Shown here: in pieces, positions 55,741 through 64,000 of the stretch
Layout: the number at the start of each line of letters is the position of its first letter
Position numbering within the stretch: the stretch's first letter is position 1
From: a virus
Virus record (IMG/VR): IMGVR_UViG_3300028127_000003
Reading direction: 5' to 3' (one strand)
Length of the DNA: 64,000 nt
Translations under genes and position numbers: made by a program
Notes under the pieces: model-generated
What the model was told of the DNA's origin: nothing
What the model saw: only the letters and a program-made list of their open reading frames with translations
Database searches by the model: none

Positions 55741-56080
55741 GCATATATGACCTATTCTGGTTTATATTATACGCATATTTAAAGCTTTGTTTCAGTGCCC
55801 AGGGGCCTTTTTTCACTTTTTTTCACCTTTTTAACACTTTGGATTTTTATTTGTCAGTTTTTATGATTATATTAGCTATATAAGTTATTTAATTAAAAAC
55901 ACCCCCTATTAAAAATGGATTTTAACTGCCTTAATATTAACGATATCATCACGTTGATCTTTATCTATGAGATGGTAAGCTTTATTTTCGTCCAAACTAG
56001 TAATTTTGTGCTGACGATGCTCATGACAAGCCCTAAATACCGTAAATTCATTAAAAAGCATATAATTTGAAAATAAATTG

Positions 56081-56140
56081 AAAATAAGCAGCCTAGAATT
56101 TTTATTTGTCGCCGGAATTGCTTATATTAGTATAGTAATT
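56081..56140 (+). promoter_or_regulatory. Class I (early-type) repeated upstream element
   Basis: AAAATAAGCAGCCTAGAATTTTTATTTGTCGCCGGAATTGCTTATATTAGTATAGTAAT. Confidence 0.7.
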
Positions 56141-56168
56141 AGTTAATCAACCTTTAAAAAACACATTT

Positions 56169-56360
56169 ATGAAAAATTACACTTCACGTGCCAACCGTTA
56201 TCCTAATGGCTACCAGCCTAAAATTGACTATTATCAGGCTAAAATCGCGAATGCTACCGATCGCCTCGAGGTAGACAATATTATCTTCTTCGCCGGGAAG
56301 CTTAAATACTTCCTTAATAAACAGGCTGAGGTAGATGCTCGCCTAGAGAAACTTTATTAA
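56169..56360 (+). CDS. Hypothetical early protein
   Basis: 63-aa ORF after class I element. Confidence 0.6.
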   Translation: MKNYTSRANRYPNGYQPKIDYYQAKIANATDRLEVDNIIFFAGKLKYFLNKQAEVDARLEKLY

Positions 56361-56376
56361 AAAAAGTCTGCCCTGG

Positions 56377-56418
56377 ATTTTTTATTGTCGCCGGAATTGC
56401 TTATATTAGTATAGTAAT
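56377..56418 (+). promoter_or_regulatory. Class I (early-type) repeated upstream element
   Basis: ATTTTTTATTGTCGCCGGAATTGCTTATATTAGTATAGTAAT. Confidence 0.7.
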
Positions 56419-56435
56419 CATTAAACAAACAAGAT

Positions 56436-56633
56436 ATGTCAGTTAAATTAAACGTTTTACCCTTCCTATTGTCTATTGCAGCCTTTCTCGTTGCCGGTAT
56501 GACTATTACCTCAACCATTGATAAGTATATTAGCTTTGCTGGTGAACTTAACGCCATGGGCTTCTTTGTAGCTGCTATGATGCTTGGTCTACTAGGCCTG
56601 GCAGCTAGTTTTGAAAAGCTACCTAATAAATAA
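56436..56633 (+). CDS. Small two-TM membrane protein (early)
   Basis: Two hydrophobic helices in 65 aa. Confidence 0.6.
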   Translation: MSVKLNVLPFLLSIAAFLVAGMTITSTIDKYISFAGELNAMGFFVAAMMLGLLGLAASFEKLPNK

Positions 56634-56639
56634 TCATCT

Positions 56640-56716
56640 GGACCAGTAGCTCAGCTGGATAGAGCATCTGCCTTCTAAGCAGACGGTCACAGGTTCGAAT
56701 CCTGTCTGGTTCACCA
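56640..56716 (+). tRNA. tRNA-Arg (anticodon UCU)
   Basis: GGACCAG/CTGGTTC acceptor, TAGCTCAG D-arm, TCTGC-CTTCTAA-GCAGA anticodon arm, GGTTCGAATCC T-arm, encoded CCA. Confidence 0.95.
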
Positions 56717-56744
56717 ATTCTATTTCCTCACTTTAAATTTAAAT

Positions 56745-57173
56745 ATGTCTAATATAGTAACAATCTCTGGTGGTAAAGCTTCTGAACAGGCAATCGCTGA
56801 TGAATGTATTAAATGGTGTATTAAGAAACTATTGCCCCGATATAGAACCCTAAATATAAAGGCTATTATTAAGCCTATGGAAGATCATGGCTGTTGCTAT
56901 AATCTAAACGACCTCAGCAGGGACTTTAAACTGACTCTTAAAAAAGGCCTTAGTGTCTATGAGCTTATAAGTACCATCTGTCATGAAATGGTCCATGTGA
57001 AGCAGTACGCTCGTAAGGAGTTGAGGTGGTGCAATACCCACTATAATGTCATGTGGAAGAAGTCTGTCCATACTAATACTGCCTATGATGACCAACCATG
57101 GGAAAAAGAAGCCTATAAACTAGAACACCGACTGGCGGTAGAGTTTTTCACTAACATGACTAGCTCCCTGTAA
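56745..57173 (+). CDS. Putative zincin metallopeptidase (HExxH)
   Basis: TICHEMVHVKQY...QPWEKEAY. Confidence 0.65.
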   Translation: MSNIVTISGGKASEQAIADECIKWCIKKLLPRYRTLNIKAIIKPMEDHGCCYNLNDLSRDFKLTLKKGLSVYELISTICHEMVHVKQYARKELRWCNTHYNVMWKKSVHTNTAYDDQPWEKEAYKLEHRLAVEFFTNMTSSL

Positions 57174-57190
57174 ATTGTTAATAACTTTAT

Positions 57191-57250
57191 GAAAATAAAC
57201 AGCTAAATATTTTTATTTGTCGCCGGAAATGCTTATATTAGTATAGTAAT
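57191..57250 (+). promoter_or_regulatory. Class I (early-type) repeated upstream element
   Basis: GAAAATAAACAGCTAAATATTTTTATTTGTCGCCGGAAATGCTTATATTAGTATAGTAAT. Confidence 0.7.
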
Positions 57251-57278
57251 AATTAATCAATCAAAATAAACAAAAATT

Positions 57279-57665
57279 ATGAAAGTAACATCTTTTGACC
57301 GCCCAACCGTTAAAGCCCTTCGTGTAGACCTTGATAGCGCCCTAGCTAAAGTTGCTAAGGAGTATGGTATTGAAATCTCTACTGGTAATATCTCTTTCTC
57401 TGGAGATAATTGTTCAATTAAAGTTAAAGCATCTGTCATCGGTGATGGTGGTATGGTAATGACTAAAGAAGCTACTGACTTCGCTCGCTATGCTAAATAT
57501 GAATTGCCTGGTGTAAAGCTTGGAGATACCTTTATGAATGCTGGTACGGTATATACTATTACTGGCTGGAAATCTAGAGCTCGTAAGAGTCCTGTCTTAG
57601 CGAAATCATCCGCTAACGGTGAAACATACCGAGTTCCGGTTTCAATGGTTAAAGTTGGTCTTTAA
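57279..57665 (+). CDS. Hypothetical early protein
   Basis: 128-aa ORF after class I element. Confidence 0.65.
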   Translation: MKVTSFDRPTVKALRVDLDSALAKVAKEYGIEISTGNISFSGDNCSIKVKASVIGDGGMVMTKEATDFARYAKYELPGVKLGDTFMNAGTVYTITGWKSRARKSPVLAKSSANGETYRVPVSMVKVGL

Positions 57666-57729
57666 CCTGAAACCTTTTTAATAATTTAAGTATAATATAT
57701 AAATCAAGTAATAAAAAAACCAGACTATA

Positions 57730-58869
57730 ATGGCAATTACAACACTAAGTTCAAACGTTCTCGATCAACGCAAAATCGAAACCATCAACGCACAACAACT
57801 ACGAAAAGTAGTTCCCTTCCGTGACGTTCAATTAATTGATACCAAGACTATCGAGTATAAAGGCCAAAGAATCGGCATTACGAGCCAAGCTTTTAAAGGC
57901 TTGTTGAGTTTGATCGGAATGAGCCAAGCATTCGCTAAGAAATTCGATAATCTATTTAGCCCTGAAGCTAAGAGTCAATTTATCAATACCATGAAAAATG
58001 CAATGGCATCTAATTATGGTAAATTAAACGAAGTAACTCTGATCCTTAACCCAGTGAACAAGAATATCATTGGTATTACTAAAGGTAACGAGCAAACAAT
58101 ATCTAATTCGCAATTCCTTGGAATTACAGAGAACCTCATCGATAAGCATGGTTTCGACGTAACCAATTGGTCTACTGACCCTACTACTGGAATTGTTCGA
58201 ATTAACGCATTTAACCCAAAAGCTGAATTTGCGGTTAAAGGTCTCTCCGATGAGGTCTTTACTGGAGGTGTTTCCTTCTCTAATTCACCCTTGAAAGGTT
58301 TCCAAGTTATGCCTTATGTAAACCGTATGTGGTGTGCTAATGGTCTAACTACCTCACTTGCACAGGAAACATATACTCTAAACTCTCTAGATAATGTAAG
58401 TATGGAGAAGTTCCAAGAGAACTTGCAAGCGTTGAGGTCTAACAACTTTGCTCCTGAATCTTTCGGTGATCGAGTTAGAGCCGCTAATAACACTCATGCT
58501 TCTGTAGCTGAGATGACTTGGGCTCATAACCAAATCTCGAAACATGCTGGAGAAAGAGCTGAGAACTGGATCCCTCTACAAGAGAATATGAATGCGTACA
58601 ATAAGATTGATCTTGGCTCTATGGATTCAAATCAAATGAAAGGTGCCAAGACTAATCAATCTGTTTGGTCTGTTATGAATGGCCTAACGCACTTTGCTAC
58701 TCATGGTAAAGACCTCATCGAATCAAATATGCAAGACTCTGACTCAACACAGTTGATGGTTCAGGCTGGTAACTTCTTCGGTAAGAAATCATTTGACCAT
58801 GAAAACCACATGCCAAACCCATTTGGTAATCTTAATCAAGATAATCAACGTGGAGCTTTGCTAAACTAA
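57730..58869 (+). CDS. DUF932-like protein
   Basis: RMWCANG and WSVMNGLTHFATH motifs resemble DUF932 signatures; class II motif at 57668-57696. Confidence 0.55.
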   Translation: MAITTLSSNVLDQRKIETINAQQLRKVVPFRDVQLIDTKTIEYKGQRIGITSQAFKGLLSLIGMSQAFAKKFDNLFSPEAKSQFINTMKNAMASNYGKLNEVTLILNPVNKNIIGITKGNEQTISNSQFLGITENLIDKHGFDVTNWSTDPTTGIVRINAFNPKAEFAVKGLSDEVFTGGVSFSNSPLKGFQVMPYVNRMWCANGLTTSLAQETYTLNSLDNVSMEKFQENLQALRSNNFAPESFGDRVRAANNTHASVAEMTWAHNQISKHAGERAENWIPLQENMNAYNKIDLGSMDSNQMKGAKTNQSVWSVMNGLTHFATHGKDLIESNMQDSDSTQLMVQAGNFFGKKSFDHENHMPNPFGNLNQDNQRGALLN

Positions 58870-59001
58870 TTGACTTAACTTACTCCCTAACCCCCAAGAT
58901 TGGGCTTCTGAGATGACAAGTGTTCGCTTGCGCAATCGATGAGGTCCTTTCTTATTTTTTAGGGGATAGTAACTTTTCTAATATTTTAAATATAATTACT
59001 T

Positions 59002-59472
59002 ATGAAACAACTCTTAACAATCTTATCACTAACCATTCTCCCTTTACTATGCACAGCTCAATTAAATAATAATATCTGGAAGGCTTCTGCCATACAGGGA
59101 ATTGCCGGCTTCTCGGACGGTGCCAACCAAGCATACTTATATCACTACTATAATAGTGGCAAATTCGAGAAATGGGGGATCAGGCCCAATACCGAGGCTT
59201 GGAAGAACAAGTGGGTAGTAGACTCAGATGGTCATGTAAGGGTCGGTGAGGAGCGGTTTTGGCTTTCGAGTAGATCTCTAGTATTCCTTACCGATTTCAA
59301 CCATGCATCCCGATTCATTAAACACCGGGCCAATGAAGCAACCATGCTAGTATACGCCGTTGGTCATGGTGCCAAGACTAAGAAATGGTATTGGTACCTA
59401 GCAGATACCGCAATAATGTTTACAGCTAGATCTATAGGCTTCTATGGTAGCTATAACCTCGTTTTTAAATAA
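59002..59472 (+). CDS. Secreted/membrane hypothetical protein
   Basis: N-terminal signal peptide (MKQLLTILSLTILPLLCTAQ). Confidence 0.6.
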   Translation: MKQLLTILSLTILPLLCTAQLNNNIWKASAIQGIAGFSDGANQAYLYHYYNSGKFEKWGIRPNTEAWKNKWVVDSDGHVRVGEERFWLSSRSLVFLTDFNHASRFIKHRANEATMLVYAVGHGAKTKKWYWYLADTAIMFTARSIGFYGSYNLVFK

Positions 59473-59499
59473 GGGGGGGGGATTGTTAATAACTTTTGA

Positions 59500-59552
59500 A
59501 AAATAGGCAGCCTAGAATTTTTATTTGTCGCCGGAAATGCTTATATTAGTAG
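59500..59552 (+). promoter_or_regulatory. Class I (early-type) repeated upstream element
   Basis: AAAATAGGCAGCCTAGAATTTTTATTTGTCGCCGGAAATGCTTATATTAGTAG. Confidence 0.65.
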
Positions 59553-59585
59553 TATACTAATCAAGTTAATTAAAACATCCACATT

Positions 59586-60044
59586 ATGTACATCAAAGAA
59601 AACAACCACGCCCTCACTAACGGTCCAACCTTCACAATCGAACAAAACATTGGCGGTAAAATGCACAAATTCCACACTAGCGATTATGGCTTTGAGTGGG
59701 ATGTAGAATATGACTATAGAGTCGTTACTAAGTGTAGAGCCGGTTTCTTTACTATCTCTGATGGTAAATCTAGTCTTAAAAACCTGGTTAACAGATACCA
59801 GAAGAATGCTCTTCATACAATTGAACTTAAGTCTACCCACCCTGGGTCTGATACTTATCTTACTGCCCTGGCTCTTAAAGCTGGTAAATTCGTAACGGTA
59901 GCTAATTGTATTATCGAGAATATTGAGATTGGAACCATTCACAGTTCATTCCCTAAGATGGCCGATCATGGTCACTGGAAAGCAATTGGATCTAAGACTT
60001 GGGCCGATAACGCCTATAGTCTTGATGTCCATAACTGGTTCTAA
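59586..60044 (+). CDS. Hypothetical early protein
   Basis: 152-aa ORF after class I element. Confidence 0.6.
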   Translation: MYIKENNHALTNGPTFTIEQNIGGKMHKFHTSDYGFEWDVEYDYRVVTKCRAGFFTISDGKSSLKNLVNRYQKNALHTIELKSTHPGSDTYLTALALKAGKFVTVANCIIENIEIGTIHSSFPKMADHGHWKAIGSKTWADNAYSLDVHNWF

Positions 60045-60054
60045 AAATAAATCG

Positions 60055-60113
60055 AAAATAAACAGCTAAATATTTTTTTATCTCAGATATTTTGCTTATA
60101 TTAGTATAGTAAT
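60055..60113 (+). promoter_or_regulatory. Class I (early-type) repeated upstream element
   Basis: GAAAATAAACAGCTAAATATTTTTTTATCTCAGATATTTTGCTTATATTAGTATAGTAAT. Confidence 0.7.
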
Positions 60114-60132
60114 TAATTAAACATCCACAATT

Positions 60133-61209
60133 ATGCAAAAGTACACCTTTAAAAAATCCGGCAAAGATTACAAACTTGCAAACATCAATTCAAAAGAAAC
60201 ACTTACGGTGGGAACTGATCATCCAAAGCACTCCTGGTTGGCCAAACATTCAGGACGTATAGTAACAATTACAGATACGCGTTGGTCATCTAGTAAAGAC
60301 TACCAAGGCCACTACAAGCAAACGGTGAGCCCTAGTAAGATGAATATTAAGTTGTCTAAGTTGGACGACCTCAACATTAACCAAGACCTGTTCAAGCCAA
60401 TGGCTACTGGAACCTCATTTGACAAATTTGTAAGTCAAGATGGTGGTTTTATGCCAGGTTCTAATATCATGGCAGCAGGAGCCCCAGGTATTGGTAAGAC
60501 TACTGTCCTGTTAGACCTCTTAAGCAACTTGCATGAAGCTGGTAAATCAGTCCTATTCATCTCGGCTGAAATGTCTCAAATCGACATGGCCAGATACCTA
60601 CAAAGATTCCCTAACTGGGGTCAATTACCAATCCTCTTCCTTGCAGACTATACCGACTCATGTCCAAAGACAGTTATCGAATCCGTACTTAACCAGGGAT
60701 GGGACCTAGTACTTACCGATTCATACACCGAAGTAAATGACTCTGTAAAAGAAGCTTGTGGTCTAACCCGAGGTAAAACAGAAAAATGGTTCCTTGACCT
60801 GATGATCGCCCACAACAAAGGCAAGAATAAACCCAAAAAATACACTACTTTCGTTACTATCTTGCAATTATCAAAAGGTGGCCAGTTCGTTGGATCAAAT
60901 AAACTAAAACACATGACCACTTCGATGATGCACTTAGACTGGGATGGCCAAGAAAACTCTGGTAGAAGGTATATGGAGTTCTCAAAGAACCGAGTAGGCC
61001 AAGTAGGTAAAAAACTGTATTTTGACCTAGAAGGTGGAGTCTCTTTCGACGAGGCCAGATACGCCCGAGACCTATTTAATGATCAAATCGTCCAGGAAGA
61101 GAGAAAAGCACTAGATGGAGAAGCAGATGCATTTGATGCTCTATTTGGCCTAGGAGCCGAAACAGACGAAACTGACCAAATAGACGAAACTAGCGCTCTA
61201 GAGGTATAA
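60133..61209 (+). CDS. RadA/Sms-like RecA-fold ATPase (no Zn finger, no Lon-like domain)
   Basis: GAPGIGKTT, VLFISAEMS, VLTDS, FVGSNKLKHMTTSMMHL, SKNRVG. Confidence 0.75.
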   Translation: MQKYTFKKSGKDYKLANINSKETLTVGTDHPKHSWLAKHSGRIVTITDTRWSSSKDYQGHYKQTVSPSKMNIKLSKLDDLNINQDLFKPMATGTSFDKFVSQDGGFMPGSNIMAAGAPGIGKTTVLLDLLSNLHEAGKSVLFISAEMSQIDMARYLQRFPNWGQLPILFLADYTDSCPKTVIESVLNQGWDLVLTDSYTEVNDSVKEACGLTRGKTEKWFLDLMIAHNKGKNKPKKYTTFVTILQLSKGGQFVGSNKLKHMTTSMMHLDWDGQENSGRRYMEFSKNRVGQVGKKLYFDLEGGVSFDEARYARDLFNDQIVQEERKALDGEADAFDALFGLGAETDETDQIDETSALEV

Positions 61210-61426
61210 TCCTAAAATTTGCTCTCCGGAGCACCCTGGGCCTAATATTGGTCCTGGAGAGAGGTAGGAGTGGATGCTTACCTCTCGGAGGGGGTAGAGT
61301 GTCTTGCCTCGGGTGTCTGTTGAGATACCGATGTTTGATTTTGGTACTAGGCAACCCACACATGCAAGAAAGGCTCTATATATTCCTCTACCCCCGCGGG
61401 CCTGTAGAGGCTAGTGTTGGCTTATC

Positions 61427-61888
61427 TTATGGTTTATAGAGGAGGTCGGTTTCCCTTTCTGCTTGTTGCTCCCATGGCCTGGAGGACCAGGGAAGGCTCC
61501 AATCCTGTGGCTTACCCATCCATAGACTACCATGCAAGTGATGCCTATCTAGTTGTTTAACATGGACTAGTTCGTGGAATAGAGTTCTTTGTAGAGTTAG
61601 ATGGCTATATAGGGGATTGAGTCCTATTAGATATAGGTTATTGGCTAGTTTGTATGTTATACCTATTAGTCTTGGGTGTAGAGGTTCTAGTTGGATATAG
61701 ATTTGTGGTTGGTTGAATGGTACTCTGTTAATTGAATCTTTAATATACCTCTGTATACTAGGATTCTTTTCCATTAGGTCTATATTGGGTTTAGTGTATC
61801 TTGGCTGTGTGCGCTTTGGTTCCTTATAGTTTATCTGTAACCAGATTAGGAAGAGGGTTATTAACAGGAGGAGTGGGCGGCTTTGCAT
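61427..61888 (-). CDS. Membrane-anchored putative zincin metallopeptidase (HExxH)
   Basis: N-terminal TM; TLFHELVHVKQL...RPWEQQA; paralog of 56745-57173. Confidence 0.6.
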   Translation of the reverse strand: MQSRPLLLLITLFLIWLQINYKEPKRTQPRYTKPNIDLMEKNPSIQRYIKDSINRVPFNQPQIYIQLEPLHPRLIGITYKLANNLYLIGLNPLYSHLTLQRTLFHELVHVKQLDRHHLHGSLWMGKPQDWSLPWSSRPWEQQAERETDLLYKP

Positions 61889-61915
61889 ATAAAGTATATA
61901 TCGGCCTGTGGTTTG

Positions 61916-62017
61916 CTAGTCAAACCAATAGAACATTGCTAAGATACAAATTTTATCGAGGATCCAAAGACCTATTAGAATGCTTAGCTTCCTATCTAGA
62001 TTTGGGCGGCTTTGCAT
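61916..62017 (-). CDS. 33-aa hydrophobic peptide MQSRPNLDRKLSILIGLWILDKICILAMFYWFD
   Basis: Fills gap between two ORFs; shares first 14 nt with next gene. Confidence 0.4.
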   Translation of the reverse strand: MQSRPNLDRKLSILIGLWILDKICILAMFYWFD

Positions 62018-62020
62018 GGC

Positions 62021-62275
62021 TTATGATTTAGCCATTGATTTCTTAAGGTTGAGTTGCTTTTCTTTAATACTCATTAGTTGGAGTCTCATTGCGAGTTCCT
62101 GTATCTGTAGACCCTTAAGTCTCTTCTTTTGAGGATTCTTTTCGTTATTATAGGATCTACTTAGTTCTGATTTCTTATTACCCACTTCTCTCTTTTTCTT
62201 TTGTAGATCAGAGATACGTTTTCCTATCTCGGCCTTGCCTTCTAAGATGGGTTGTTTGTGTGGGTTTTGGCTCAT
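62021..62275 (-). CDS. Basic coiled-coil hypothetical protein
   Basis: 84 aa, K-rich. Confidence 0.55.
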   Translation of the reverse strand: MSQNPHKQPILEGKAEIGKRISDLQKKKREVGNKKSELSRSYNNEKNPQKKRLKGLQIQELAMRLQLMSIKEKQLNLKKSMAKS

Positions 62276-62850
62276 TTCTTTGCTAAGTGTGTTTTAATAC
62301 GTAGGTCTTTATAATCCTTTTGTATACCTTTAATAATCTTTACATTTGCCCTGTCGTCGTCAAAGAATGTTAGGTCTGTATAACCCTCTTCTATAAACCA
62401 TTTAAAGGCCTGTTCTTTCTTTTGAGCGATTGTACCTGTTAGTCCTAAGATTGGATCGTTAATTGCCCAGATAAATGATTTCTTTACATGGAAACCTACA
62501 TGTTCTTTTAGCCAAGTGTAAATCATTTCTTGATCGTCTCTGGCTGTAATTACTCCTATTGCCTCTCCTTTCTTATACTCTCTTTCTAAGATGTTTAGGT
62601 ATTTAGTAATTAGTTTACCCGCCTTCATGATTTCAAGTGATTTAAAGTCATCGAAGTTTAGGATATGTTTAGGATCATGTTGATATGAATTAAACTCTTC
62701 AGGAGTTAGTGAGAAACACTTCTTGCCTCCCTTGTCACATACTTGGATTTTGGCATCTGTAATAACCAGAGTATCGTCTAAGTCAAAGATAAAAATCTTG
62801 TCTTTAGAGAACTTTGCCTCCTTTACGAGTATGTCTTTTTTAGTTTGCAT
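62272..62850 (-). CDS. HAD-superfamily phosphatase (PNKP phosphatase-like)
   Basis: IFIFDLDDTL, VITAR, FFDDDRAN. Confidence 0.75.
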   Translation of the reverse strand: MQTKKDILVKEAKFSKDKIFIFDLDDTLVITDAKIQVCDKGGKKCFSLTPEEFNSYQHDPKHILNFDDFKSLEIMKAGKLITKYLNILEREYKKGEAIGVITARDDQEMIYTWLKEHVGFHVKKSFIWAINDPILGLTGTIAQKKEQAFKWFIEEGYTDLTFFDDDRANVKIIKGIQKDYKDLRIKTHLAKK

Positions 62851-62858
62851 TAATCTAC

Positions 62859-63143
62859 TTATTCCCAGTTATCAGTGTCATCTATTGCCATGGAAAATTC
62901 TTCAGCACTAGTAACGGGTTCATTATATGTGGAGTCAGAAAAATCAGTTTCACAATAAGCGTTTTCTCCATCCCATGTAAATGTATATTCATGATCATCA
63001 TCCCATGGATTTTCACCATATACGGCAATATGATCATCTTCTAAATAAGCATCATAGCCATAATCTCCTGCAACCTCCTTAAGATCTCTTTTGTTAAGTC
63101 TTCTTTCGTTTACGAACTGTTCGTATAATTTTACGCTTTTCAT
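62859..63143 (-). CDS. Acidic hypothetical protein with shared leader (MKSVKLYEQFVNE)
   Basis: Leader motif; late-type motif at 63168-63176. Confidence 0.55.
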   Translation of the reverse strand: MKSVKLYEQFVNERRLNKRDLKEVAGDYGYDAYLEDDHIAVYGENPWDDDHEYTFTWDGENAYCETDFSDSTYNEPVTSAEEFSMAIDDTDNWE

Positions 63144-63182
63144 AATATTATTTGTTTTTTATTATACTATATATTCTTCAAA

Positions 63183-63968
63183 TTATTTAGGAGATACGGA
63201 GTTAGTTAAAGGATCATATACTTGTCTTTTAAATTCTCCATTAACTACATCGCTAAGAAGTTGATTGTATTGTTCTACTAATCTAGGATTTTCTCTAGTA
63301 TATCTTCTAATTTTTGCTCTTTCTCTTTCTAAATAATCTTTATCAGTTGGGTGAGATCTTACGGCATCGGCAAGAACTCTTTCACCTTCTTCATAATCAA
63401 AGCCTTCATAGTAATATCCTATATCCTTACATAGATGTGCGTTGTGTATGATCGGATATCCCATCCAAGCTACATCAAAGTAGAGATAGTTTAATGCATT
63501 CTCCCATTGCCATGAAACCACCACCTGTGCCCAGTTTTCTAAAATATATGGGGTTGGTTGTCTTGTTTCAGCTGACATTTTCTTATACTTAGCCAATTCT
63601 GTTTTAGAGATTAGATTTTTAAATCTTTTATTGTCCTTGACATTAGCTGCTCCGATCAACATCAGCTTTTCAATTTCAATATCTTTATGGTTCTTAAATA
63701 CTCTGTCAACTATAATCGTAGGAGGAATACAGAACTTCATCATTGAAATGTTAGGCTCCATTATTGCATATCTCTTTATTGCTCTACCATCATATAATTT
63801 ATAAGGTGCTTTTTCAATTGCAGTCTCGATCGTAAGAGGATCCCATACAAATGGAACTACAGTTGAATTATCAGTTCCTAATAAAAATGAATAATATTGA
63901 AGATTTGTGTTTTCCATTTGAGGAATAGACCATATTGCATCTGGAACTTCAGGCTTTATTGTTGACAT
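63183..63968 (-). CDS. DUF2827-like putative glycosyltransferase (second copy)
   Basis: IMEPNISMMK, VVSWQWENALNYLYFDVAWMGYPIIHNA..IGYYY; paralog of 40273-41460. Confidence 0.6.
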   Translation of the reverse strand: MSTIKPEVPDAIWSIPQMENTNLQYYSFLLGTDNSTVVPFVWDPLTIETAIEKAPYKLYDGRAIKRYAIMEPNISMMKFCIPPTIIVDRVFKNHKDIEIEKLMLIGAANVKDNKRFKNLISKTELAKYKKMSAETRQPTPYILENWAQVVVSWQWENALNYLYFDVAWMGYPIIHNAHLCKDIGYYYEGFDYEEGERVLADAVRSHPTDKDYLERERAKIRRYTRENPRLVEQYNQLLSDVVNGEFKRQVYDPLTNSVSPK

Positions 63969-64000
63969 TGTCTTTGCCCTTCCTTCATGTGTATTATATA

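Noticed and set aside
55385-55816. 143-aa minus-strand ORF in the GC-rich repeat zone
   Set aside because: Atypical composition and codon usage for this genome, overlaps repeat motifs, no recognisable domain; likely spurious
58895-58945. Hammerhead ribozyme core (CTGAGATGA...)
   Set aside because: Does not fit CUGANGA and lacks the GAAA core
61248-61439. 63-aa plus-strand ORF at the convergence point
   Set aside because: GC-rich, atypical codons, no upstream motif

Overview
AT-rich, gene-dense 64-kb segment of a large T4-like (myovirus-type) jumbo bacteriophage. The host is most likely Bacteroidota/Flavobacteriia: A-rich, Shine-Dalgarno-less translation starts and Bacteroidota-like bS21, bS1, exonuclease and lipoprotein. 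Almost all genes are on the minus strand except a plus-strand early-type island (about 56.1-61.2 kb). Contents: baseplate/neck module (1-13.2 kb) interrupted by an amidoligase and ribosomal protein S1; nucleotide/repair genes (dCMP deaminase, UvsE, RNase HII, PhoH, T4 gp42-like thymidylate-synthase-family enzyme, LOG); bS21, DnaJ, ClpP and an N-domain-less ClpC plus four small UVR-motif proteins; and an appendage locus. That locus has a 1852-aa Lys-rich collagen-like fibre, a PLOD (lysyl hydroxylase)-like dioxygenase, a second 2OG-Fe(II) oxygenase, several glycosyltransferases (including a COLGALT-like GT25) and a coiled-coil fibre. Also visible: three recurring promoter-like motif classes, a shared N-terminal leader on seven proteins, one tRNA-Arg(UCU), and a structured non-coding region at about 54.0-54.35 kb. 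Best candidate for a novel system: an animal/mimivirus-like collagen lysine hydroxylation-glycosylation pathway in a bacteriophage. All family assignments come from motif recognition by eye; no database searches were run.
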